From Phoronis australis (Eukaryota > Animalia > Phoronida), in the NCBI GenBank assembly GCA_002633005.1, contig NMRA01000038.1:1285961-1349960 (forward strand): a stretch of DNA of 64,000 nucleotides, given 5' to 3'. The notes below the pieces were generated by a model. The model searched no databases. It saw only the letters and a list, made by a program, of their open reading frames with translations, and had not been told where the DNA came from. Numbering within the stretch: the first letter of the stretch is position 1; the number at the start of each line of letters is the position of its first letter. This document shows, in pieces, positions 36,969-49,544 of the stretch. The position numbers and the translations under genes were made by a program.

Positions 36969-38123
36969 GGCAATGACCATCGCCTCTGTTGGCCCGAAGC
37001 AGAGGCGATGTAGAGGCTATAGGCGCTCTGTACGCCAGAAGCTTTTCGGCGAATTTTGCCTCGCACCGACTAAACCATCAAAGTCACGTTGTTATAAATA
37101 CCTTTTGCGCATAGAGGAACACCTTAGGAGGTTGTCGATGTGTTTAAGTCCTTCCAACTCCAACAAATACTCCTGTTATGAAACTTTTTCTTCGATCAGT
37201 CCCTATTTCAGTTCCCAAAATCGTGAAATCAAAATTTTTGTACTGCGCACGCTCCAAATTTTTACCGCGCTCGCTAGGTGATGTGACTTCGTAACCTCAA
37301 TAATTTTTAAATAGGCCAAAGGTGAGCCATTGCGGTCTTGTCAGTCAAATGTTCGTTTCCAAAATGCCACCACTTATACTGGGGAACCCAATGGTCGTCC
37401 GCCTAAGCATAAAACCGACTTGCTGTTGTACTCACCGAATTATTCCACTTCAAAGTTATGATCTGAATAGGATTCGATTTAACTCTCACAGATATACCGC
37501 ATTCATCGATTCGAGTTATTTCAAATGTGCACTGCCTTCGGCAGCCATTTTATTGTGACACCTAAGTTCGTCATATGGTGCCCCCTTTTGTAAAAACTGA
37601 GAAACATGCAGAAAAAGGCCAACGAAGTAATGAAAATTGCAACAGCCTGTTTTTATTGACATAAACTCGATTTGAAGCTTTGATGTTGAGCTCTGCACTG
37701 TGGTTTCCAATAAAAGCCAATTGGACAACATTTCAATGCAGTTTAATGGTGAATGCGTGAGGCAAAANTTCCCAAAATCGGTAACTCACCATTTTTAACT
37801 CTGCGCGCGACAGGTGGCATGATGTCATATCCCCTGGCGCATGACGTGTGCAGTGTAAAAATGGCGAGTGACCGATTTTGGGAACTGAACGAGGGACTGC
37901 TCGAAGAAAAAGTTTGATAATGGGAGTATTTCTCCGAGTTGGAAGGAATTAAAGACATCGACAGCCTCCTAAGGTGTCTCTATGTGCAAAAGGTATTTAA
38001 AACAATGTGACTTTGATGTTTTAGTCAGTATGAGGCATAATTCGCCGACAAGCTTCCGCCTTATGAAGCTTCAATAGGAGCTCCACCATCTCTACTGGCC
38101 AGCTATAGACGGTGATCATTGTC
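36969..38123. mobile_element. Foldback MITE of the same family as 35507-36043, copy 2 (interrupted by single-N join at 37768)
   Basis: It is TA-flanked, with ends GGCAATGACCAT ... GTGATCATTGTC. The arms are homologous to copy 1. Confidence 0.8.
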
Positions 38124-38519
38124 TAGCTGCAAGGCAAATAGCACAGCCACAGCACAGGCATGGTTAATCAGCCCCTCGACAATATACTGTAATAAAGAGA
38201 TAGGTTAACACCTGCTATCCTGTATAGTCGCCCACCAGGCATTTCTTATTCTGGGCTACAATGGCCATGTTTCGAGAAAATGAGGAAAATTTTTGTCATT
38301 CAGGAAAACCTGAAGATTATTTGACATCTTTATATGATTTCAAGCAATGTGAAATGTGATTCTCAAAAACTGCAGTCTTGCTTTAACTCATCATGCGTAC
38401 TTCTTGATGTTGAAATCAAATTTTCTTTGTTTCTGAATAGGTCATGAATGACATGGTATGCACTACAACCCAGTGACATATGGGACTGAGACCTCATTGA
38501 ACGAAGGTCCAATGTGAAG

Positions 38520-41500
38520 ATGGCTGAATTTGGTGCTCATTTGACCTCGGCCATTGGTCAATCACGGCCCTCAGTGTTTGACGTCGTTGCCCAAGACAGT
38601 CTAATGTCCATGCTAAGACCTGCCTTGGGCCATGCTTGCAAAGTAAGTTTTGCCATTTTTTTGCTCATCAGCTGTGGGAATCCTGTTACTAAAACCATTC
38701 ATACATCTCAGATCTCTCCTCGGATGGCAGAAGGGGGCAGCATCCTGGATGTCACATGGGTGTGCCAGCAAATGAGAGTGAGCAGTTTATGGACGATTCT
38801 TCAGAAGTCTTTCAGCTGAAATTGTAATGGCACGCATGCCCTTGGAATGTTATACTTTGAAGCATTCCTCATTGAAACACTTTGGTCATGTAAGCTTATT
38901 TTATTTTTTCCTAGGTTGTTTAGTTTTTAGAGCTTTATTGCTTTATGTTTTGGTTTTCAGGGTTGTTGGGTTGTATTCTCTTTATATGTGCTATGGACAA
39001 CTGCACATTTTACAGAGAGTCTGTAATGAAGCTCATGCTACTGTATTCTGTTCTAAACGTGTTGAACAACAATGACGGTGGCATGCAGGGCAACGGTGAA
39101 TGTGGCAATCAAACGTCAATACATCAGCTGTCTGCACCTGTCTCTCAGCTGTAATCCAAAGGTCTGGCGCTGCCAGTTTGACAACATGTATGTGAACGAT
39201 GCTTTGCTATGTAAAAGCTGGCTATGGTGTTCTTAACAAGCATCACTAATGTTTGACACTCTGACGTATGTTCTCCAAAGATATACCAGTTCAGCTCCAG
39301 TGACTATTGTTATGTTTTTCTAGGTTCTTGCCGAGTCGAATCCTGCTTATTTTGGATGGATTTTCCGATTCAGCGATGAACTGTATACTGCTTTTGACCT
39401 CGTTTTAGAACACCATTATCTGAAGAAATACAGTGAGTGTTTTGTGCATTTACAAAGAAACGTCCTCTGCTCAAGATTTTTTCAGAGACTGAAATGTTAT
39501 TAAATAAAAAAAGAGGATTTCTCTGTAAATAACATTTTAGAGGATTATTGAATAACTATAAAGAAACGTACTCTGCTCAAGATTTTTTCAGAGACTGAAA
39601 TGTTATTAAATAAAAAAGAGGATTTCTCTGTAAATAACATTTTAGAGGATTATTGAATAACTATGAATCCCCAGTAACACTCGTTTAAACCGTTTTTTTG
39701 TGTAACTTGCGCAATGTCTTCAGTAAGATTTTCTTGTTTTGTGCACTTGGCAATTCAAGAAAGTTATATATTTCACCTACTGTATTTGGATAAAATTTCT
39801 TGATTTTGTTGGGTCCGATTTATGTTTGTTTTGCTGTAGTTAGGAAATGAAATTTATCAGTATCGCCCAATAATACTGTAATGGTCTGCACAATGAAATG
39901 ATATTAATTGTGATGATGATGGTAACAGTGTATGCTAAATATAGTAATAGTATTGAAATAATTGAAAATATAAAATTGGACTTTGTATTAACCTTTTTGA
40001 AAAAGATTTTTGCAACATTTTTACCTAATCTGCAGATCTATGCTTTTATCCATCTTACTTCTGGGAAGTGTGCTAAAGGCCATGAGAATAGCGTTTTCAG
40101 ACCTTGACACACCAAGACTAGGCTAGGCGAGGTGCTTTACTTCAGCCACCCAGCAAGTCAAGCCTATTCATAGATATGCTGGAGTTAACTGAGTGTGTAA
40201 ATCTTCCATTAGAAAGTAGTGAACCTGTAGTTGTTTCCACCAGATTAAGCTTATTGTATTGGAAACTCAAAGGATATGGTAATGCAGTGTCTGCAGATGA
40301 TGGGGGTGAGTGAGATGTCATTTGTTAAGGCAACTTATAAGTCATGGGGATTTTCAGTGGGAGAAGCCTGCTTCACCCTTATCAGTCACGTGGAACTAAT
40401 TGTCACGTGGGTTATGTAGAGCTTGAGTCACTTGTAAGATTTGATTTTTCGGGCCCAGATATTTGTGGCTCGGATTTTTGGTTGCCAAACACTGTTCTCA
40501 TCACAAGTTCATTTAAAGCCTCAAACCTCTGAAGCTGCCATTTTTTGAGCGTGATTATTTTTTCAGGAGGGTCCTTCTCTGAAAACTTCTATGGACTGAA
40601 GCGAGTGTGCCATAATCTTGAACAAAAACAACTTCCATCGCACGTGCTAAGGAGATCTCTGTTGTTTCTTGTAAGTTTTCCTTGTTTGAATATTACAAAA
40701 TACTACTCGGGTCTTCAGCAGTCAATGCCATCAACGTAATTTTTGTTCTGAGACCTTGGAAACATCACAAATTGTAACTCAGTCAACCGTCTTGCCATTT
40801 CCAATAAATTGATATTTTGTCTCTGTATTGGAGCTGTTGCCATGGCGATTAATTGAGTAAATGTGTTGCCTGTTGTTTGACATTGGACGGAACTATCACT
40901 GCTCAATTCAGAATTAACGTTTCTTTATTTCAGGTGATTGTACCATATTTGAAGCTCAAGTTGGACAGTTTGTTTGAAAAGCTAAGACTGGAAATAGCTG
41001 ATGGTCTGCACATGTCACAGGTTTGATACATTTGTCCTTAAAGTAAACATAAGAATTTGAGGCATCCAGTTGAGAAAACAAATAAAATTTGAATCTAATA
41101 ATGGAATTTAATTCTAGTAAGTCTTATTTCAAATTCCAGTATCAGATTAAAGGAAACCTTTTGCAACGGTAATCTCAAAAGTGTCATTTGAAAGAATTCC
41201 CACTCAAGCAAGCAGTTATAGTTTGAGTGAAAAATACTCACTCCAAAAATTTTTATGGGAGATTGTCAATTATAAAGAAATATGGTATTACATTTTTGCT
41301 GTACGTGTAACCAGAATCTTTGAAGCCTGTATGTGTGAACGTTCTCTATTCTGTGAAATTTGCGATTGCGAACTATTGCATATTTGATCTATACAACGCA
41401 CTACACATGAAATGGACTATCAGTAGGTCTGCCAGTGCAAAAAAAAACATTGTAACAAGAAATTGTCTTCCATATTACAAGGCTTTTTCTCTTGTTTTAC

Positions 41501-44500
41501 ACAAAATATGGTGGAAAAGTGAATTTCCTTCATTTTGTGAAGTTTTTCGACAAAGAGTAACTTGAAAAACTTCTGCATCATATTTAATATACTTTGTACT
41601 GACAGTTTGTATAAATAACACAGGGCAAAACTCTTAATAAGTTATACCAGTATAATCGAGTATTGAAAATGGCAAAGTACAAATTTCAGTTGGCAAATCT
41701 TTTTGAGAAAAACATATGAAAATGCTCTGAGGAGTGGCACATAGTGAAATCTAATGAAGAATTTTAAACTGAGGTCAATGACTAAAGCGAGAACACCAAC
41801 GAATACAAAGACGACGCTCATGACACCGACAACCAAAAGACTGCCGATGATGCTGGCATTGACAACAACAGTAAAGATGCTATCAGCAACTACAGAGACA
41901 AGTCAACGATGTCGCAGCCAGTGACAATGACACCAAAGGAGACAGTTAGAATGACCCACTGCTGATGGTGGCAGCAACCAACGGACAACATTGGTGAGCC
42001 GATAACAATGCCAAACGCAACCATGGCATTGATGGTATTAACAACGAATCTCACTACTTCAATGATGAAGATGACGACGCCACTGACACTCCATGTAAAC
42101 GACTAGGATGACACTGATGAGATGAGAATGCATCAAGTGCATGCATCGGCAAAGCCATTGTCACTGCAGCTGACCATCTGGCAAGTAAAACGGCGACAAC
42201 TATAAAAATGACGCCGAAGCCAGTGACAACAATAACAAAGGCGGCGCCATTGCAAACAACTCCCTTACTAGGTCTCCCCACTCTGAAAAATGGGTGTCAG
42301 CTGATGGTTCTAGGATCTTAAAGTCATGCTCTAAACAAAATTTTTGTAGAATTGTTATACATTTTTTAGCACAATGCACGAATTTTCAGGTTTAAAGGAA
42401 TTACACATGTGGTTGGATGAGTGTACCAACAAAAAACAGCGAGGAATTGGTGAATAAATTCCAAAACTCAGTAAATTTCAAATATCTCAGATAACGCATT
42501 CAGATAGTGCTTGATGAGAACCATTCGCATACCAAATTTCAGAAAGCCCTGACAAGGAACGCTGGAGATATGGTACAAAAAATCAGTCGATGAAAGAGAA
42601 GTCATCAGATCTGGAATAATTGTGGAATGTTCGTAATGAAAAATTACCGCTGAGTTAAAGCTCTACAAAAAAAAAAATGAAAAATGGCCATCACATCATC
42701 ACCTTTGGTGTGATTTCACCCAATAAGGTTTGAAGTTTTAGTAAGATACATGTTGTGTATGAATTTCTTGTTGTTTGAACCAAAAGTGCAACTTGCAGAA
42801 CGATATGATAGACTAACAAAAGTGCAACACTAAAATAGTCAATAAAAGAACAGTCATCTGACCAGTAGTTCTTGAATACCTTGCACATAGTAGAACAGAA
42901 CGAGAAATGGATGGATACCCCAGATAGCGGTTAACGAGAGCTATCCACGTAACAAATTTCAAAAATATCTGTTGACAGATTGCAGAAATATGGCACCGCA
43001 AAGAGAAACATCGAAAAACGTTTCCCTCAACACCATCTTGTGTCTGATTTGAACCAAAAGCATCAGACGCTATTAATGAGACACTTACCGTGTATAAATT
43101 TCATGTTGATCAAACATGAGAACCACAGGAAGGGTGTAGAACCCATGTCGTTCTTGAACTCTTAGATGTATGACTGGGATGTATCCTAAGAAATATACCC
43201 GTGTGGGACCAGAAACATCGGAAAATTGTGAATAAGTCAAGAACATTAAGCCGGAGCCAGAAATTTACTTTAAAATTTGTTTCTCTTTATAATTTTTAGC
43301 ACTTGATGAGATCTATTCAAATAACAAATTTCAGACAGATTATTCAAAGGACACCTGAGCTGTCAATCAATAAAGGGCAGTTATCAGAAAACTTCGAATA
43401 ACTCAAGAATATTAACTCGTAGCGAGAAACGAATCACATGCTTCCAATAACGCTCAGTGAGATCTACTTACATATAAAATTTGAGAATAAAGGACCATGG
43501 AGCTAGAAGTCCACATAGTGAAAAATGACTGTTGCAGTGTCATCTTTGGTCCAATTTCATCCAAAAACATTAGGCTTTGAGGGTATCATGAAATACAAAT
43601 TTTACCTAAGTTTCATCTCGACTGGAAAAAATGTCATCTGTAACATGCTTACTAAAAAAATAAACTTCACAACAGAGCAACATGCTTGGGAAAATATCGT
43701 TTCAACAATTAATTAATCTGTTAAATTTGTCATCCCTTGTCATACACTGGATATCATTGGTCTTGCAGACGTTGGCTGACAAGTGCAGACGATTGTTCGT
43801 CACAATCTACCCGTATGTCCATTTGTCCTGGGGCAGTAGCATGTTTGTGTATTTGTTTCTGTACACATTCAACAAGACGTGTCATTATTCCCCATTCATT
43901 CACCTATCGGGTGCTACACTGGACACACTTACAGAGGAAGACGTGGATCAATTCAGATCAGAAGATAGTTTATTAGATGTGTCTACGATGAGGTAATAGT
44001 TCTCCTTTAGGAGTAATAGCTGAATCTAGTGTTCAATTTATATGTGAGAACTTTTGTTGTTAATCTTTGTGATTTAATCAAACTTTACGTTCCTGTTAAA
44101 GTGGCTGTAATCCTGCATTCCATCACCAAACACACTTTTGATGTAAACCACCTACCAGTATGAAATTGGTCCAAGTTGTTCCTCAGTCAGAATACTGAAA
44201 TGTGGTTTTGGAGTTGGAAAGAATTGGCAGTTTGTTATTACATTGGCTGGACTCCGCAAATTGACTTGTCACGGCATTTTGTTTTCGTCGATAGTCTTGA
44301 ACACAAACAAGCTGTCAGCTCTTTTCAAGACCATAATTCTCATCTGAATAACGAACAAGTAAAGACTAATTATAGAGCACTAAGTGGTACAAATCAAAAG
44401 TTAATATTCTTTGATCATGGTTCTTTCATAACCTCTTTCATTGGTGCTGTACAAAAATAATCCCGCCAAAGTTTGATAATCAGTTTGATGAAGCGTGCTT

Positions 44501-47500
44501 TGCATAAGCTTTCAGATCAGATTTTACGCCATTTGATTGATCAGTTTTGAGTGGCATGGAGTAAATTTTGATGGTCTTTTGGCCATAGTGTGTTATTTGT
44601 GTTCAATTCATTTTTACAACTTCTCTAGTTAATTATGTCTAATGACCAGTCTCATGTAAATATTGTTCTTTGTTTTCTGTTTGCAGTTTTCCTAAAAGAG
44701 TGAAATATTTATTAATGCGGACAGTTTCTCTCACTATATCATGGTTATCCACTGGTCTCTCTCTGACGGCGTTCTTCCTTCAGTTTCTTGACTGGTGGTA
44801 CAACAGCGAACAAACTCGTGTCTCACCAGCCAGCTTACCCATTCCAAATCCACCCAAGGTAAGGACTCTCATTGGCAGGGTTCCCCAGGGCCCGAGGTGA
44901 GGACTCCTATTGGCTGAGCTCTCCTGGGCCTGAGGTCTAATCTCTGCACTTGAAACTCATCTTGAAAATTGACTAATCACATCGCATGCTTCAAATAAAC
45001 TTACAAATTTTGTACTTGAATCATGCGGCGTGATTGGTTAAGTATCAACCCCGAGTCGAGTCAGAGTTCGTAGACTAGACCCTGGTTCCCTGTTGTGTCA
45101 CTTTTGAGGTAAGAATACCTGTTGTTGGCTCCATTTTTGGCTGTAGCAATTTTAAAAGCGCAAGAAGAAACGATATTGTATGGTCACAGTGTGATGGTGG
45201 TGATGGATATGGCATAAGCAGAGTGTCTGCGATGAGTGATCATTGAATTTTACACTGCTCACATTGGCATCGGTATGTTGTGGTCAGAAATTTCTCCAAA
45301 CGTTTTTCCCAGCACATGGAAACCGATCGGGAAGATGAGTATTTATCTTTTTGCTCAAGTTTTCTTACTCAACTCGTCGCACGTCTGATTGTGCTGGCAA
45401 CAGTACAGCAGGATCACGTGATCACAGAACTATTTTGCGCACTTCCGCCACCAGAGTTCGCTCCTGTGCATTGCCGTCAACGTTTGTTGTCATAGGTGTC
45501 ATCAGACAAATCATTCTATTCATTTTGAGAGCGCTCGAAATCCTCGTAAAAATCAGACATGTCCTCCATTGTTGACATATTGCAGAGTGATATAACCTGC
45601 TTATGTCGTCACATGTTTGATTGGGAGAATTGAAACTCATCACTACAAATGTGATTCAGCTGTATATGAGCATGTTTGGCATTGTGGTAATTTAAGTTAT
45701 GATGAATAACAAAACTAAATGCCTATTCAGACTCGGTAAGGTATTTACTTCTCAAAACACCAGAAAACCCTGGATTATTAAATTAATGAGTCGGTAATCA
45801 GTAAATGTTGATCTGAACAATGCTGTACTATCAATGCCAGAGTTCTGCATAACAAAATATTTTTGATTTGATGGGACATAGAATACTTTCAATAGACCCC
45901 TTTATATCCAAAAATTTTCTTGATTTTTTCCTTATCACCCAAATACAAAAGTTGTTCACTCAAGTATGTTTTTTGCATGAGAAATTATGAAAAATATTCC
46001 AGAAAACGTTCCACGTGCCTTCTGTCATTAACAGCCGAATACTTGAACGGAGAACTGACTGATGGAATACCGCATTTTTATGCGCCCACATATTTATATG
46101 TGGACGCATTATGCCGTCATCTCCGTCCGTCCGTCCGTCCGTCCGGGCGGCGTCCGTCCGGCGTCTGGCGTCCGGCGTCCGCTGCTCTATCTCCAAAACC
46201 CTTTGACATACGTTCATGAAATTTGGCACATATGTTCCATTCATGAATGGGACGGCATGTGCGAACTTTCGGACGGATCCGACTACCGGTGTGCCCCCCT
46301 AGTGGCAATTTTAGTTTTTTATGCTTACCTTTGTATCTTCAAAAGTCCTGAACGGATTTTCATGAAATTTGGTATGTAGGCACCTAGTAGTGAGATGACG
46401 CTATCCTGCCGTTTTCGGATGGATTCGACATAGTTTGCGCCACCTAGTGGCCATTTTTAGTGTTTTCGAGTCTGTTTTTGTGCTTCCACCCCTCTATCAA
46501 CCAAACCGCTCAAAGGATGATTGTGAAAATTGGNCCAGAAAACCCTGGATTAGTAAATTAATGAGTTGGTAATCAGTAAATGTTGATCTGAACTATGCTG
46601 TACTATCAATGCCAGAGTTCTGCATAACAAAATATTTTTGATTTGATGGGACATAGAATACTCTCAATAGACCTCTTTGTATCCAAAAATTTTCTTGATT
46701 TTTTCCTTATCACCCAAATACGAAAGTTGTTCACTCAAGTATGTTTTTTGCATGAGAAATTATGAAAAATATTCCAGAAATCGTTCCACGTCCCTTCTGT
46801 CATTAACAGCCGAATACTTGAACGGAGAACTTACTGATGGAATACCGCATTTTTATAAATTGCTGTATTATTTAGTGCTATAAAGCTTTGAAAGTTACTG
46901 TAATAAATGTGTGCTACATTGTGGCCAGTGACATTTCATTTTTTTCAATTTTAAGGGTGATTTCAACCCATATTCTCACAACCTACTGTGCCAGAGACAA
47001 CTTACTGTGGTGAATGTTTGTTACTTTATGGCCAGAGACACAATATTCTCATTTCTTCAATTTTCAGAGTGATGTCAGCGCATATGCTCCCAATCTGTGT
47101 TTGTTATGTAATCGTATTCGCACAAATGACACAGCATTAGCTGTTTCAGGGTAAGTAGAAAAGAATACATTGAAAAATGAAAATGTAAATATTGGAAAAT
47201 ATTGAAACTACATGCTGCGCCATTTAGAATGGCTATTTATGAATTTCAGGCTGGGTTGAAACAGTTCTTAGTGGAGTGGATTGCAAGATCAGAGTATAAG
47301 CTTCGTGTGGTCTCTGTTGCATTATTTTGCAAAATACTTTGTACCAACCCATCTAAAAATCTCGACAAAGTCTGGATAACAATAGAAATGGAATGGAACT
47401 TTTCGGGGTCTCCATGCTGTTTGGGAGAGAGGTGACAGCAGAAACCAGGAAAGCATTTTGTACTTGGGGAAAGGTCACTAGTCTGCATATTGGCTTAGAA

Positions 47501-48142
47501 TTTTGCAGACCCTTGTAAGTCATGGGTGTCATTCACACACATTAGTTCTATTGGTATTGACATACATGGTCAGTGAAAGCACTTCTTTGTGAGCCATGCT
47601 CCTAGTTATACAACTGTCCCAGTCGGACTGTGCACTAAACACAGCTTAAGAAAGGGTGGTTTTATTACCCCCATATGGACTGTGAATATCTGAGCCCAGC
47701 ATGAATATATTAAAAGGACTATAAACCTGCCTTCCGTCACAAAAGCCATCTTTTGAAAGTGGTCTCCAAGTGAGTCTTGGTTAAAATAGAGGTGATTTCA
47801 GGGCTTTTGCTTTGTCGTTGTGCATCGAAATGAATGCCTGGACAATCATGAGATTTAAGCTCATACATGTCACTAAGTCACGCCCCTGTTACAAAAATGT
47901 TACAGCATGAAGTCAAAATTTTCAGTCTAAACAGGTCACTGCCATGCCACCTAGCATTTAGGCCGGGAACTAGCCAGTCACATAGCTTGAAGTTCTTGAT
48001 CTGTTGAGTATTTTATTGTTACAGATATGTGTTCTGCTATCCGTGTATTTACAACTATGTGAAGGCTAACCACCGATGTCCCTTGTCTGGTTACCCATGT
48101 GAACTCCAGCACCTGATCAAACTCTACCTGCAGGCTAGTTGA
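38520..48142 (+). CDS. PEX12: Peroxisome assembly protein 12 (peroxin-12, RING E3 ligase subunit), 8 coding exons, ~339 aa
   Basis: Exons are 38520-38642, 39324-39432, 40567-40670, 40934-41020, 43769-43992, 44687-44858, 47068-47150 and 48025-48142 (1020 nt, frame continuous). Motifs include [51 protein letters not shown], and the C-terminal [46 protein letters not shown]. Confidence 0.96.
39454..39664. repeat. ~105-bp near-perfect tandem duplication in PEX12 intron
   Basis: AAAGAAACGT(C/A)CTCTGCTCAAG...GAATAACTAT occurs twice head-to-tail. Confidence 0.9.
41790..42270. repeat. Decayed (GAC/AAC)n-like low-complexity tract, probably part of an old interspersed repeat
   Basis: Long run of degenerate GAC/AAC/GAT triplets interrupted by stops, with no splice-compatible frame. 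Confidence 0.5.
44934..45081. mobile_element. Small MITE-like inverted-repeat element
   Basis: GGTCTAATCT...ACTAATCACATCGCATGCTTCAA is mirrored by TTGAATCATGCGGCGTGATTGGTT...AGACTAGACC. Confidence 0.55.
45760..46856. repeat. Allelic duplication across a single N: filled (45760-46533) versus empty (46535-46856) insertion site
   Basis: About 320 bp starting CCAGAAAACCCTGGATTA is present twice. Copy 1 runs into a Helentron-like element at GCATTTTTAT/GCGCCC, while copy 2 reads GCATTTTTAT/AAATTG. Confidence 0.85.
46075..46533 (+). mobile_element. Young Helentron-like (HINE/DINE-type) element, truncated by the contig join
   Basis: It is highly similar to 1283-1706, with the same 5' hairpin and a longer (CCGT)n tract. 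Confidence 0.8.
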
Positions 48143-49011
48143 TTACAAAGTAGAAGCGTTGGTAGCTAGTGGAATGGCAGTAGAACAGTTGATCAGAAGT
48201 CAGTGATGCCTGAGTTTGTCGCCTGACCTCTGCCACCCGACATTTAAGTCTTGCAGTCACCAGACATGATTAGAGTAATGTATTAAGTTTTGTTGGGTGG
48301 TGGAAGACAACTCTTTTCAGAGGCTTACACCCTTACTGTGCACTTTTACCGCACACCTCAAAAACTATCCTCGCACACAAACCCTTACCATGGAATCTGT
48401 ACGCCAACCACACTTGGGCACACTTACCAAAGACAGTTTTTAGTGCAAGTGCGGCCCAGTTTTTATTTGTTGTTTTTCGGTCCCATACTCTGTGGTAATA
48501 GTGCCAGAGTGTGATTGAAGTTCAATTTCTGTGGTAAGGATTTTTGTGCTGATAATAGTTTTTATGGCGTATTGTCAGGGTGGTACTTTCTGTTACAACT
48601 AAGATTGACGAAATGACGGGTGGATAGTCTAGCTTAATCATATAAGTACCGGTATATGTATTTGTTAATACCAAACGCATGTTTTACTGTGTAGAAATAT
48701 GACACTGGCTACAGTGTAACAACATGTCCATATCAATGAGGATTCTAATGGTTGTTCTTGTTCATGGAGCTCAACTAACACTGCACTTCATCAGTTTCCA
48801 GAAACCTGTTGTTACTGTGACGGTAACTGATTAAAATAAAATGAACAACTTCCGATTAATTCAGCGAATGAGTAAACCTGTGGGGAGAGGGTAAAAATTT
48901 GCTCACCTATTTAAGCAATAAGATGCTGTTCATGTATACAGATTTGTTAATTTCACAATCATTTCTAATGTATAATGTATGATGATGTGGTCTGTTTATT
49001 ACATTATCTTT

Positions 49012-49017
49012 AATAAA
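49012..49017 (+). terminator. Candidate polyadenylation signal of PEX12
   Basis: AATAAA ~870 nt after the stop. Confidence 0.35.
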
Positions 49018-49544
49018 GTCCACTGAGTTCTCACTTCAGTTGTCGCGATTTGAAAGTTGGTGAGGCGTTCATTTAAGATGTCTTCAGGCCCACTTTTGGT
49101 TATTGCATCAGGCCAAATTTTTACTGTAGGAAGGTAAATATTTCCATAGGTAATATGGCGATTTGCAGCCCAGAATTCCTAAAACTGTCTCTGGGATAAC
49201 ATTGCAGTGAGACAGAAACCTCGAGCCGGTTCCGCAGAAATTGGAGTCGTTGCGACAGATGTGTGGCTACACTATAACTGGTGGCTCTGGTGTTTACCAG
49301 CATCACATGGAAGCAACTTGTGGAGGATGTTCCATCATATGATGTTTTTAAACTCTGACACCACCATTTTAAGTGTGGCCGCTGGCCCTATAGTGTATGA
49401 TAATGGCCCCAAGTTTTAAGTTGAGGTCTTTTCCACTAGTGCACAGCTAATTGTTAAAGCAATTGTTTGGATTTGTTTCCCGTGGATTTTGGTGAGACCT
49501 CAAAAATCCAGTTATCGGTATATCAGTGAAATCCAAGTCTATTA

